NCBI GenBank assembly: GCA_041674765.1
Contig: JBAYVE010000001.1
Coordinates: 198,177-262,176, forward strand
Source: Patescibacteria group bacterium
GTDB lineage: Bacteria; Patescibacteriota; UBA1384; XYA2-FULL-43-10; 1-14-0-10-43-13
Direction: 5' to 3'
Length of the DNA: 64,000 bases
Shown: piece after piece, positions 54,819-64,000 of the stretch
Numbering within the stretch: the first letter of the stretch is position 1
Layout of the letters: the number at the start of each line of letters is the position of its first letter
Position numbers and translations under genes: made by a program
The notes under the pieces: generated by a model
The model's input: the letters and a program-made list of their open reading frames with translations, nothing else
What the model was told of the DNA's origin: nothing
Database searches by the model: none

Positions 54819-55058
54819 CTAAAGAAAGCTCTCATTCACCACTTCGCCGGTAATCTCAGCTACTCCGGCCCTTCGGCCGGTAAAACCATGCTGTCCACAG
54901 TAGCCTGCCACCGCCTGAGGGATGGGGGTCGTATCAGCCGGACCTTCGGAGAGGAACGGTAGCGGCGGTCCTTCCAGTGTCGAACTCTGTTGTCGACTTG
55001 GCCCGTCAGGAATAGGACTGTTACCGTCTTGGACCTGCTTACCAAGCTCTATTGTCAT
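54819..55058 (-). CDS. hypothetical small protein (GC-rich)
   Basis: SD AGGAGGTAG 6 nt before the ATG. 79 aa, Pro-rich. Confidence 0.4.
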   Translation of the reverse strand: MTIELGKQVQDGNSPIPDGPSRQQSSTLEGPPLPFLSEGPADTTPIPQAVAGYCGQHGFTGRRAGVAEITGEVVNESFL

Positions 55059-55144
55059 ATTCTACCTCCTACGCCATATTGGCGAAGTACTCGGATAAAA
55101 TGATAAATCAACGCTATCTCAAAATCACCTTTTAGTCAATCCGT

Positions 55145-56317
55145 ATGATTTTTGCAAAAAAGATAATAATCAAATACCATGAATTTATGAACGGTATTAT
55201 TTATGATACTCTTTACGGCAAAATCCCTTACACAGATCTTGATCTGAAAATTTTTGCATCGCCTGAAATGGCTCGGTTGAGGCGGGTTTCGCTTTCGACT
55301 GTGCCAAATTGGTGTTCGGCCAGCGGTGCCTGTTGTAGCCGTTTTGAGCACAGCATAGGTGCATGGCATTTGGCAAAGCTTGTTGCCAGGAAACCGGAGT
55401 TTGCGAATATCGCTAAAGATATTGAGTTTGCTGGCCTCTTTCATGATGCCGGCTCGCCGCCATTTTCGCATGGCGCTGACCATTTTCAGAAAAAAATACT
55501 TGGTAAAAAGCACGATGAAATTGTAGCCGATCTAATCATGGGCTCAGCGTTAGGGAAGGAGATTGAAAGCCAGGGAGGCAATCCTGAAGTTATCTCTAAA
55601 TTAATCTCAGGCACGTTTCCGCCGTTCTCAGATCTCATCAATAACTCGATTGATTTGGATAATCTTGATAATACCCTCCGTTTTGGCCTCTCGATGGGGA
55701 TATTCAAGAAGCGCTATTACAATCCGCTCAGGATCGCTGACAATTTTTACCTAAAATCAGGAGAACTAGCTCTAAGAAGTTCAAAGAATATCAGGGAATG
55801 GGAAAATTGCCGGGAGATTGTGTATGACTTCATTAATAATAAATATCCCGAGGGCATGATTTACCGTGCGATGCATTTAGCTTATCGAGCCGGTGATTTG
55901 ACAAAAGACTTTTTTCGGCTGGATGACTTCCAAGCGACAGCATTTCTAAAAAAGTGTAACCCGGGGACAAAACGGATTATTGAACGGCTGGAATCATGGG
56001 ACTTTGACAAAGTCATATTTAGCCAGAATTTTCTGAGCTTAGACAAAATCGAGCCTAGAATGATAGATGATCCTGATTATCGCTTCATTCTTGCAGATAG
56101 GATTAGTTCTGAATTCAAGATTCCGCCGGAAGATATTTCCTGCCTCGCTGGAAAGAATAAAGGCTTCAAACAAATTCATCTGCCAATTGGCAGAGAATTT
56201 CATCAACCGCAGACCAAGCCATCGTGGCGGCTTCGGATTGATGTGAATAAAAAATGGCTATATCTCAAAAAAGAGATAAATCATTTCGTGAAACAGAGGC
56301 TGACAAATGGAAATTGA
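55145..56317 (+). CDS. HD-domain dNTP triphosphohydrolase-like protein (Dgt/SAMHD1-like)
   Basis: RFEHSIGAWHLA and LFHDAGSPPFSHGADH are HD motifs. True start may be the MNGIIYD.. at 55187. Confidence 0.6.
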   Translation: MIFAKKIIIKYHEFMNGIIYDTLYGKIPYTDLDLKIFASPEMARLRRVSLSTVPNWCSASGACCSRFEHSIGAWHLAKLVARKPEFANIAKDIEFAGLFHDAGSPPFSHGADHFQKKILGKKHDEIVADLIMGSALGKEIESQGGNPEVISKLISGTFPPFSDLINNSIDLDNLDNTLRFGLSMGIFKKRYYNPLRIADNFYLKSGELALRSSKNIREWENCREIVYDFINNKYPEGMIYRAMHLAYRAGDLTKDFFRLDDFQATAFLKKCNPGTKRIIERLESWDFDKVIFSQNFLSLDKIEPRMIDDPDYRFILADRISSEFKIPPEDISCLAGKNKGFKQIHLPIGREFHQPQTKPSWRLRIDVNKKWLYLKKEINHFVKQRLTNGN

Positions 56318-56843
56318 AGGTGAAAAAATAATAATCAGACAAAATAATCTTTCCGAATTCAATTACAACTTTATTCTTCGCTGGCTGACAGATCCGGAGG
56401 TGATGAAGTATGTCGGCTATTTTAGACGGACCTTTTTCTTTAAAAGCAAAGAGCAAGCCCGTGAATTTTTCGAGGCGCTAGAAGATGGTGTCTTTTTTGG
56501 TATTTATTTAAAGAATAGCGATGAGCTGATTGGCTATGCTACTCTTTCAAACTTCAATCCTGAGAAAAAGGAGTGTAAATTCGGTATAGTGATTGGCGAA
56601 AAGAGGTATTGGGGGCAGGGAGCTGGTAGCGAGGTAGCCCTGCTGGTGGCCGGTTATGCTTTTATTAAGTTAAAACAAGACAAAGTAACCTTGACTTGTG
56701 CTGAGGCCAATAGAGCCGCCATAAAGGCTTATGAAAATGCCGGCTTTGAAGTTGTACAGAGAATCCCCAAGGAGAGGACTATTTTTCTGAATGGGCGCTG
56801 GCAACTACACGGCACGATCAAAATGTCCAAGGATAAAAAATAG
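56307..56843 (+). CDS. GNAT family N-acetyltransferase (RimJ/RimL-like)
   Basis: ILRWLTDPEVMKYVG, RYWGQGAGSEVA, 178 aa. Confidence 0.7.
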   Translation: MEIEGEKIIIRQNNLSEFNYNFILRWLTDPEVMKYVGYFRRTFFFKSKEQAREFFEALEDGVFFGIYLKNSDELIGYATLSNFNPEKKECKFGIVIGEKRYWGQGAGSEVALLVAGYAFIKLKQDKVTLTCAEANRAAIKAYENAGFEVVQRIPKERTIFLNGRWQLHGTIKMSKDKK

Positions 56844-56883
56844 GCAAGGATCCTTCGGGGGGAGGATACCTTGCCACGGACGG

Positions 56884-57483
56884 TTAGATGGATTTACTGG
56901 CGACGATTTCATCAACCCTTCGCTCGAAGGATCTAATGGTTGATTCGCCATACATAGTCATGGCTATAAGGAAAGTATCATCATCCTCTACGCAGCCATA
57001 GCTTTCATAGCTCCAGATCTGTATCATCACCAGGTTCGACAGTATGAATCCGACCAGTCTCTTTACGTCGGTTTCGGTATTGCCGAGTATGGTGTTTTTG
57101 GACTCTGCCGTCCAGAAGATCAGCGCATTGTAGGCACTCCACCACCTGGCCTGCATACTGACTCGGATCAAATGTTCTTTGATGGCCTCCTGCCCTGGCG
57201 GCAGATTCAGAACTTCGCTCATCGAGGAAATCGGCGGGAAATCTTTCGGTGCAAAATGGTCTATCATTTGCTCCATAATTTCCCACAACTCGGTTGAGCT
57301 GATCGAAGTAGTAGCCAACCTTTTGCCCAAGAATTCATCCATGAAATCCTGGCAGGGACATAAAATGAAGGCTCGAGTTAGAGTCAGATCGTCTTCCTTC
57401 GAAAACTCGTCATACTCAAATCCGGCGTCGGGCCCCCATCTCTCGAAGATCCACTCCGAAAATAAATAAGGATCGATAAGCAT
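56884..57483 (-). CDS. hypothetical protein
   Basis: 199-aa ORF with SD GGAGGTG upstream. Confidence 0.4.
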   Translation of the reverse strand: MLIDPYLFSEWIFERWGPDAGFEYDEFSKEDDLTLTRAFILCPCQDFMDEFLGKRLATTSISSTELWEIMEQMIDHFAPKDFPPISSMSEVLNLPPGQEAIKEHLIRVSMQARWWSAYNALIFWTAESKNTILGNTETDVKRLVGFILSNLVMIQIWSYESYGCVEDDDTFLIAMTMYGESTIRSFERRVDEIVASKSI

Positions 57484-57620
57484 TTTTCACCTCCAGGATT
57501 CGCGTCAGACAATCCTAGCCCAAAATCATAACTTTTTCAACCGTTTGATGTATCGCCCTTTTTAAAATTTCTAGACTGCCCATGCTTGCCAAGATGAGAA
57601 TATAATAATACTATAAATCC

Positions 57621-58199
57621 ATGACGTTAATTGCCAAAGCAAAAGATTTTTTTCTTCAAACTATCAAAGCAGCAGGACATGACAAATATGGCCTGGTTGC
57701 CCATACGGCCGAGATGGAAAAATGGGTATACCGGTTGAAGGAAATGCATCCGGAGGCCGACCTCGAAATTATCCTACTGACGGTTTGGTTCCATGATATT
57801 TCTCTCTATTTAGGAGAAGAGAAAGATGACCATGCAGTAAAGTCAGAACGGATTGCCAGAGTTTTTCTGGAAAAAGCAAATTATCCCAAGAATAAAGTTG
57901 ACCAGGTTTGCCACTGTGTCAGGGCCCACCGGAATCGTGACATTGCCCCTCTGACGCTCGAGGCGAAAATTATTGCCTGTACTGATTCGGCAAGTCATAT
58001 GACCGGAGAGATGTATGTTTCTATCGCCATGGCAGGCAAATTTGATTTTTTGGAAGGGAAAATAGACCGTGATTATAGAGATATTGGTGTCTTTCCTGAA
58101 CTACAGCAAAAAATAAAGCCCCTATACGATAATTGGAAAGAGTTTGTATCAATCTATCGCTCTCTCAATATTGTGCCGGAAAAAGAGTACAATAACTAA
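57621..58199 (+). CDS. HD domain-containing phosphohydrolase
   Basis: HTAEMEKW..VWFHDISLY (H..HD). Confidence 0.55.
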   Translation: MTLIAKAKDFFLQTIKAAGHDKYGLVAHTAEMEKWVYRLKEMHPEADLEIILLTVWFHDISLYLGEEKDDHAVKSERIARVFLEKANYPKNKVDQVCHCVRAHRNRDIAPLTLEAKIIACTDSASHMTGEMYVSIAMAGKFDFLEGKIDRDYRDIGVFPELQQKIKPLYDNWKEFVSIYRSLNIVPEKEYNN

Positions 58200-58226
58200 G
58201 AAAGCTAGTGCTTTGGGGGTTTTCCG

Positions 58227-58433
58227 ATGCTGCTCTTCTTTAGTATGACAGCGATTTCTGTTTTTTTAGTGATTGTCTGGATAGGCGACGTACGAGGAAA
58301 CAATGCTCAAGTCATTGTCTACCTCCTCTACGCAGTACCAAACCTTTTGGCTGCAATTTTCATCAGCCTTCCAGAAATCATTAAAATTACCAGACGTATC
58401 CGTTCTGTCCGCCGCCGGAGCTCCTCACCATGA
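58227..58433 (+). CDS. hypothetical small membrane protein
   Basis: 68 aa, two hydrophobic helices. Weak support. Confidence 0.25.
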   Translation: MLLFFSMTAISVFLVIVWIGDVRGNNAQVIVYLLYAVPNLLAAIFISLPEIIKITRRIRSVRRRSSSP

Positions 58434-58582
58434 GGTAGGTGAAGAGCTCCTTTTTTAGTACAAAAACGAAAAATAGTTTTTTTGTTGGGTTTTCAGCCAA
58501 AACGAGCTTTGTTCGGTAGACCGAAAAATAATTAGAGGGCGGCATTCCGCTGGGAAATGCCTCCCTCAAAGCGTTTTACGGC

Positions 58583-58966
58583 CTACGCGACCTTTTTATG
58601 GCCGGGTATGACTTCGATTTGGTAGTCGTGCTCGCTTGAAGCGAGCTGCCAGGAAATAGTCCGGCAGGTTTCCCGGCCTGCTTCGGCAGGCGTTTCTAAT
58701 CTGAGAAACATTATCAGCAGATCCATCGTACGTTCACTGATCAGGATAGGTGTGACCTTGCAGACGATACTGGTTATCTTTTCCTGCAGTCTAACCTCCG
58801 GAGCTTCTATACAGTTGAGATAAAGCAACTGTCCGTTTGTTTGTACCCTGACGTTTATGCCCTTGGCAGGCATCTCTTCCAATCCCCCGATATTGGCGAG
58901 GACGTGCAGGAAAAGCTGTCTGGCATTTACAAGCGCTCCAATGCCAGCCTCGGTGAGTAGAACCAT
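58583..58966 (-). CDS. hypothetical protein
   Basis: 127-aa ORF with SD GAAGGAGGGA upstream. Confidence 0.35.
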   Translation of the reverse strand: MVLLTEAGIGALVNARQLFLHVLANIGGLEEMPAKGINVRVQTNGQLLYLNCIEAPEVRLQEKITSIVCKVTPILISERTMDLLIMFLRLETPAEAGRETCRTISWQLASSEHDYQIEVIPGHKKVA

Positions 58967-59307
58967 ATCGGAAATCCCTCCTTCGGAATTTTGTTCTGCT
59001 ATTAATGCTAGCGATTTTGAGTAGGTATAGCAAACTTTTTTATGTGCATAAGTCTATGTTTTCTGCATGTATTTATACATTATTAATCGGATGCCTGAAA
59101 AATTCGCTCTCAAACAAAGATTTTCAACAAATTTATCGTGAATTGCCTGTAGATTTTTAATTGCTTTTGGTCTATGATTGCAGGGAAGCTAGGGTCGAGG
59201 TTTCAAAAAATTAATAATGAATCTAGATTTTAATTAGGGTGCGTTCCCAGTTTAGTCCACGAAATAGTTTTTATTTTTGGCACTAATTAAATCTAAGTAA
59301 AGGTAAA

Positions 59308-59607
59308 ATGGACGATAAAAAAGATTTTACTCCTGCAGAGCCAAATCAGAAGCTGTTCATTGGTGGGTTAGCTTGGGCTGCAACTGATGAAGATTTACAA
59401 GAGGCTTTCAGTCCGTTTGGTGAAGTTGTTTCTGCATCTGTAGTCAAGTATCCTGACACAGGCAGATCAAAGGGCTTCGCTTTTGTCGAGTTTGCAACCG
59501 TCGAGGAAGCAACCAAAGCAAAAGAGGAAATGGACGGCAAGGAAATTCAAGGCAGAGCAATCAAAGTTGATTTCGCTATGCCAAGAAAAGAAAGAACCGA
59601 AGAGTAG
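59308..59607 (+). CDS. RNA-binding protein with RRM domain
   Basis: RNP2 LFIGGL and RNP1 KGFAFVEF. Confidence 0.8.
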   Translation: MDDKKDFTPAEPNQKLFIGGLAWAATDEDLQEAFSPFGEVVSASVVKYPDTGRSKGFAFVEFATVEEATKAKEEMDGKEIQGRAIKVDFAMPRKERTEE

Positions 59608-59817
59608 TCTTCGAAAAGCAAGAAGCTTAAAAAAATACTCCAGAGAGAAATCCCGGGGGTATTTTTTTATGTCTGACTTATCCACAAAACCATGAGTAAT
59701 CCACAGTATAAAATATACGGTGGTAGGGTATAATGTGGATAGCGGGGGGTATGACGGTGGATAACAGAAATTATCCACAATCCAGCTGTAAAGTTATTAA
59801 TAGTCCAAGATCAAATC

Positions 59818-60063
59818 ATGAAACACAAAAATATTTATAGCCGTTTGAGGCGGATTGAAGGCCAGATTCGCGGTATTGAAGAGATGATCGAGAAGGGTCG
59901 GAGTGAACAGGAAATTATGATTCAACTTCAGGCCGCCAAATCATCAATTGCTGGAGCTATCACCTCGTTTGTTGAAGGGATGCTTACTAAAAATGAAAAA
60001 GGCGAAGTAATAGTGCCGCCGGAAAACGCTGCAACTATTCTTCGTCTCTTAAAAAACAGTTAA
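59818..60063 (+). CDS. CsoR/RcnR/FrmR-family (DUF156) transcriptional repressor-like protein lacking the usual Cys ligands
   Basis: RLRRIEGQIRGIEEMIE is the family N-terminal signature. No Cys in 81 aa. Confidence 0.55.
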   Translation: MKHKNIYSRLRRIEGQIRGIEEMIEKGRSEQEIMIQLQAAKSSIAGAITSFVEGMLTKNEKGEVIVPPENAATILRLLKNS

Positions 60064-60393
60064 ATTAAGTTTTTACCCAAAAAGAAGTCGGCCGCAGATC
60101 ATGCCGGTCGTTAGAGCTAAGGATACTGTCAAAAACATCAAAATTAGGTCAGGAAGTTTTAGCCTGCTTATTTGAAACTCAGTTGTACCTATTTCGAAAA
60201 TGTCAGCTCTGTTTTTCATAATCGCCTTTTCTAAATTAAGCCATTGTACCAAATATATAACATTTTGTCAAGGTGTTAGCGCCAATTCGCCTATTATAAT
60301 AATGAATGCCTCTTCGCAAAGCCATTTTTTCGATTGCGCTAGAGTCAAAATATGAATATAATAGATTAAGTTAGTATTAAGAGGATTTTTTGC

Positions 60394-60612
60394 ATGTCAG
60401 AAGAAAAAAAGAAAGTTTTGAAAATTGATGAGGACGTTTGTATCGGTTGCAATACCTGTGAAAGTATAGCGCCAGATTATTTCAAGATTGATGGCGGAGT
60501 CTCCAAGGTGATAAAAGCTTATGACGAGAATGATGCAGAGCTAATACAGGACGTTATTGACAGTTGTCCGGTTCAGGCTATTACTGTTGAGGAAGAAACA
60601 CCGCAAGAATAA
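60394..60612 (+). CDS. small ferredoxin (single [4Fe-4S]/[3Fe-4S] cluster type)
   Basis: CIGCNTCESIAP ... DSCPVQAI. Confidence 0.7.
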   Translation: MSEEKKKVLKIDEDVCIGCNTCESIAPDYFKIDGGVSKVIKAYDENDAELIQDVIDSCPVQAITVEEETPQE

Positions 60613-60674
60613 ACATTTATTGTTCCAGCTCTAAGAATTAAGGAAATATTTTAATTCTTAGGCTTGATCCTTAA

Positions 60675-61076
60675 TTGCTGGAAATAATGGAGAGGGGAAG
60701 CAAAATAAACACAATTTTCTCTTGGTGGTATGGCCTGGCCTTTCAGAATCTGGCATCCAACCTCAGAGGAATATATCTATATCTCTTTGATGCCTTTTCG
60801 GTCAAGATTTGCCTCTCGACTCTCTTTTCTGTTTGGCGCCGGGATATGATTTCTTATCAGAATCTATCACTCCAGGAAGTTTTGCAGGCTTGGATGCTAA
60901 ATTTATCATCAAGAATAATAGGCTTTCTGGTAAAAGTAGCTACACTGATATCTTTTGCCGCCATGACGCTAGCTTTCTCATTTGTTTCGGTGATTCTGAT
61001 TTTTTGCTGGTTTCTCATGCCGCTCCTAATCCCAGCAATATTTGTTATCGGCATTAAAATTGCGATAGGAGTTTGA
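60675..61076 (+). CDS. hypothetical membrane protein immediately upstream of the Clp ATPase gene
   Basis: C-terminal three TM helices. Stop 1 nt before the next ATG. Confidence 0.35.
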   Translation: MLEIMERGSKINTIFSWWYGLAFQNLASNLRGIYLYLFDAFSVKICLSTLFSVWRRDMISYQNLSLQEVLQAWMLNLSSRIIGFLVKVATLISFAAMTLAFSFVSVILIFCWFLMPLLIPAIFVIGIKIAIGV

Positions 61077-61077
61077 G

Positions 61078-63570
61078 ATGCCGGTAAAGTACTATCTGAA
61101 GGCGGCGGGTCCTATCTTCCGCTCAGTAAAATATAAGGGCAACTACACTTCCTCATCTTATAAATTCTTTTCTTTTGGCGTCTGGCTATTGGGAATATCT
61201 TCGATAGTTACGATTATTGCCAATTACACCTTTTATCCTTTTGGAAATGCGATTGGTTTTTCGTTTATGATTTTCGCCCCTTTCTTAGCATATGCGATTT
61301 ATAGTTTCTATATTAAAGATACTATTTTAGAGCCAAAATATCCGGCGTTGGCAAAGATCAATGAGCGAGAAGGGGACATTAATCTTTTCGACTATATCTC
61401 AGTCGATCTTGCTGAAAAAATTTGGCCGCTTTTCAAATCGGGAAATGTTGTTTCCTCGATGGAATTCTTACCCAAACTAATCGAATGCAGCTCTCTAAAT
61501 TTCATTTTTCTTCGTCTGGGAATTAACAAAGACGATTTTTTGGCGGCCATCTTGGCCATACCCAAAGAGGAGGACATTACTTCGACAATATTGAAAACGG
61601 TTAGCGTCGCTATTAAAAATGGTCATTCTTCTATTTGGGCCGGGGATATATTGATCACTTTGGCGGAAGAGGGACGGATGGATAAGATTCTCGACGCTCT
61701 GAAGCTTGAGGAGAAGGATCTTATCTCATTGGTCAGGTGGCAGACGAAAAATTTAGATAGAATCAATGAGTTCAATAAGAGATTTGATTTCAAGAATCCT
61801 AAATTGACGGGAGGCATCGGTCGGGATTGGGCCTATGGCTACACACTTTTTCTGCGTCAATTTGCTTATGATTTGGAGTCGATAATCCAAAAGTCAGGTC
61901 TCGGGTCCGAAGTCGTCGGTCGGGAGAGAGAGATGATGGAGATGGAGGAAGGATTGCTAAATCAATCTAATAGTAACGTCGTAGTTGTGGGAGAGGCTGG
62001 GGTAGGCAAAAAAACAACCATCATCGGCTTTGCAAAAAAGATATTGGACGGAGAAGTCAGCCCCGGATTGGCACATTACCATGTCTTTCAGTTGAATATT
62101 GAAGCGCTGTTATCAGGGAGTGGCGGTATTAATGAAACTATTGCCAACATCGGCCAGGTTATGGCCGAAGCTTCCTACGCCGGCAACGTTATTATTTTTG
62201 TTGAGAATATAGACAATCTTTTCTCCAACCGAAATGCCGGTCAGATCGACGCGTCTGAGGTATTAATGCCTTATCTCGATGCCGGTAATGTCCGGATCAT
62301 CGGTACCTGCGATGTCGCTGGTTATAACAATTCGATTCTTTCTAATTCAGCTCTTTCCAGTAAATTCATCCGGGTTTCCTTAAATGAACCGACTGTTGAT
62401 CAGACCATCGAGATATTGGAAGATTCGGTGCCGCTGATTGAATATAGGACTAAATCGATTATTTCATATGAGGCATTGAAGGAGGCCGTTAAGCTGGCGG
62501 ATAAATTCATTATGGATATTCCAAATCCAGAAAAATCAATTGGCTTATTGGAGGGAGCTTCTTTGCGAGCCTCTTCCGATCGAGCAGAAACTATTGTTCT
62601 ACCGAAGGATGTCAGCGATTATATCGAATCGAAATATCAAATTCCTCTTGGAGAGGTTACCGACAAGGAGCGAGAAGTCCTTTTGGCTCTTGGTGAGGAA
62701 ATGCACAAATCGGTAATCGGGCAGAATGAAGCGATCGAATCAGTCGTCGGAGCGATGAGAAGAGCCAGGGCTCAGGTGACGGACTCGAAGAAACCGATCG
62801 GTTCTTTTCTCTTTCTGGGGCCGACAGGTGTAGGAAAAACGGCGACTGCAAAAGCATTGGCCAAAGCTTATTTTGGCGGAGAGGAAAGGATGATCCGCTT
62901 TGATATGTCTGAATATCAAAACAGCCAAGATATATATAGGCTCATCGGTAAAAGTTTTGGTGGAGATGAAGAGCAGGGAAATCTTGTCACTGCAATTCGT
63001 GAAAAACCTTTTTCTTTGCTTTTATTTGATGAGGTAGAAAAAGCCGATCCGGATATTCTTAATTTGTTTTTGCAAATATTGGACGAGGGCATTTTGACCG
63101 ATGGCAGTGGACGGAAGGTGTCTTTTGCTAATACAATTATTATTGCCACTTCGAACGCCGGTGCTGATTTGATACGTGAGTCGATCTCAAACGGTGAAAA
63201 CTATGAAAAAACTAAAACCGCTCTGGTTGAATATTTGCAAGATCAGCATATTTTCAGACCCGAATTGATTAATCGTTTTTCCGGCGTCATCGCCTTCTCG
63301 ACTTTGTCCTCAGAGGAGATCAGGCAGGTAGCTACTATCATGTTTGCAGGCGTTCAGGACACAGTTTACAACAATCAGGGAATTAAGGTGATGATTTCAC
63401 CTGATGCCATCGATATTCTCTCCGAGATGGGCTTTGACCAGAGGATGGGCGCTCGTCCGATGGAAAGAATTATTCAGGAAAAGGTTGAAAATCTCTTGGC
63501 TGAGAAAATATTGAGTCGTGAACTAAAAAAGGGTGATCAATTTATGATCACCAAAGAGTTGATACTTTAA
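61078..63570 (+). CDS. membrane-anchored Clp/Hsp100-family AAA+ ATPase (TM helices + Clp_N repeats + degenerate D1 + canonical D2)
   Basis: Two N-terminal TM helices. Clp_N-like double repeat. D1 Walker A GEAGVGKKT (Lys insertion) and Walker B IIFVENID (no DE). D2 GPTGVGKTATAKALA and LLLFDEVEKA. ATSNAG sensor. Confidence 0.7.
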   Translation: MPVKYYLKAAGPIFRSVKYKGNYTSSSYKFFSFGVWLLGISSIVTIIANYTFYPFGNAIGFSFMIFAPFLAYAIYSFYIKDTILEPKYPALAKINEREGDINLFDYISVDLAEKIWPLFKSGNVVSSMEFLPKLIECSSLNFIFLRLGINKDDFLAAILAIPKEEDITSTILKTVSVAIKNGHSSIWAGDILITLAEEGRMDKILDALKLEEKDLISLVRWQTKNLDRINEFNKRFDFKNPKLTGGIGRDWAYGYTLFLRQFAYDLESIIQKSGLGSEVVGREREMMEMEEGLLNQSNSNVVVVGEAGVGKKTTIIGFAKKILDGEVSPGLAHYHVFQLNIEALLSGSGGINETIANIGQVMAEASYAGNVIIFVENIDNLFSNRNAGQIDASEVLMPYLDAGNVRIIGTCDVAGYNNSILSNSALSSKFIRVSLNEPTVDQTIEILEDSVPLIEYRTKSIISYEALKEAVKLADKFIMDIPNPEKSIGLLEGASLRASSDRAETIVLPKDVSDYIESKYQIPLGEVTDKEREVLLALGEEMHKSVIGQNEAIESVVGAMRRARAQVTDSKKPIGSFLFLGPTGVGKTATAKALAKAYFGGEERMIRFDMSEYQNSQDIYRLIGKSFGGDEEQGNLVTAIREKPFSLLLFDEVEKADPDILNLFLQILDEGILTDGSGRKVSFANTIIIATSNAGADLIRESISNGENYEKTKTALVEYLQDQHIFRPELINRFSGVIAFSTLSSEEIRQVATIMFAGVQDTVYNNQGIKVMISPDAIDILSEMGFDQRMGARPMERIIQEKVENLLAEKILSRELKKGDQFMITKELIL

Positions 63571-63596
63571 CACTAATTATCAAGATATCAAATTTT

Positions 63597-63652
63597 ACGT
63601 CTTAGACCTTAGACCTTAGAACTTAGACCTTAGACCTTAGACCTTAGACCTT
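63597..63652. repeat. heptanucleotide tandem repeat (CTTAGAC) x7
   Basis: CTTAGAC CTTAGAC CTTAGAA CTTAGAC x4, between convergent genes. Confidence 0.8.
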
Positions 63653-63918
63653 TATTTATGGATATACACGGTGGTTCCGATATCAGTCCAATCGAAAACT
63701 GTTTGGGCAGAGCCTATTCCTAAGCGAACACAGCCATGGGAAACAGGGGTGCCCAAATGGGATTCGCCTTCCTTGTAGCCGTTGGGCCACTCGGGAAGTT
63801 CATGGATGCCATAGTCTCCACTAAACTGCTGCCAGTATGGCATCCAGAGACCGTATTTGCCTGACCATTGTTTTGGATTCTTGCTGGTAATATGAAATTC
63901 ACCGGTTGGTGTAGGCAT
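63652..63918 (-). CDS. L,D-transpeptidase (YkuD) catalytic domain protein; N-terminal extent uncertain, may continue beyond 63918
   Basis: HLGTPVSHGCVRL catalytic His/Cys motif. Confidence 0.5.
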   Translation of the reverse strand: MPTPTGEFHITSKNPKQWSGKYGLWMPYWQQFSGDYGIHELPEWPNGYKEGESHLGTPVSHGCVRLGIGSAQTVFDWTDIGTTVYIHK

Positions 63919-64000
63919 TGACGGCTTCCCTGAGGATATAATAAAACAATCAATTAAATTTGGACCCTCTACCCTGCATAGCTTTTGGTTTGCTAGGTCA

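Noticed and set aside
63597-63652. Possible CRISPR array
   Set aside because: The unit is only 7 bp, there are no spacers and no cas genes. It is a simple tandem repeat.
63720-63953. 77-aa ORF overlapping the L,D-transpeptidase gene
   Set aside because: Alternative frame without motif. The SHGCVRL catalytic motif is in the 63652..63918 frame.

Overview
Low-GC (about 40%), gene-dense bacterial window. Intergenic regions carry unusually many repeats and tRNA-derived fragments. The overall character is an anaerobe (class III RNR NrdD/NrdG, HydG-like radical SAM, ferredoxin) with many small membrane-anchored or secreted proteins. That mix fits an uncultivated CPR/Patescibacteria-like lineage, though lineage is inference only.

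Core content:
- A CDF transporter and an orphan HydG-like radical SAM tyrosine lyase.
- A glycosylation cluster: GT2 synthase, two GT-C membrane transferases and a polyprenol-phosphate GT2.
- Three paralogous clan GH-A-like hydrolases with shuffled beta-sandwich carbohydrate-binding modules, plus companion small secreted proteins.
- nrdD-nrdG with putative NrdR boxes, an HD dNTPase, a GNAT and an aspartate-type aminotransferase.

Most unusual features:
1. A family of four to five paralogous membrane-anchored proteins. The N-terminus is conserved (KKxFLTKGG-TM-PPTNG). The cysteine-rich ectodomain is hypervariable. One copy sits at 11.4 kb and three to four sit in tandem at 16.2-18.1 kb, interleaved with a GIY-YIG nuclease gene.
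2. A tRNA-Asn(GTT) integration hotspot at 25.2-30.0 kb. Five copies of a composite repeat (perfect 13-bp-stem hairpin plus tRNA-Asn 3'-end fragment) delimit single-gene cassettes: a DNPH1/Rcl-like nucleotide hydrolase, a TolB-like propeller and two unknowns. The hotspot also holds a degenerate pseudo-tRNA copy and a GIY-YIG gene abutting the tRNA.
3. A conserved ~35-nt core (CCTTCGC-N-GCTACGGAG) found at ten intergenic sites, repeatedly lodged in the loops of otherwise unrelated hairpin elements.
4. Several one-ORF domain fusions:
   - a type-I periplasmic-binding domain fused to a C13 legumain peptidase;
   - a complete guanylate kinase fused through a TM helix to an extracytoplasmic HExxH domain with Ig-like domains;
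   - a membrane-anchored two-ring Clp ATPase with a degenerate D1.
5. Compositionally deviant GC-rich single genes at 6.7, 10.4, 20.4, 30.2, 47.4 and 54.1-55.1 kb.

No rRNA, CRISPR array or integrase/transposase gene was seen.
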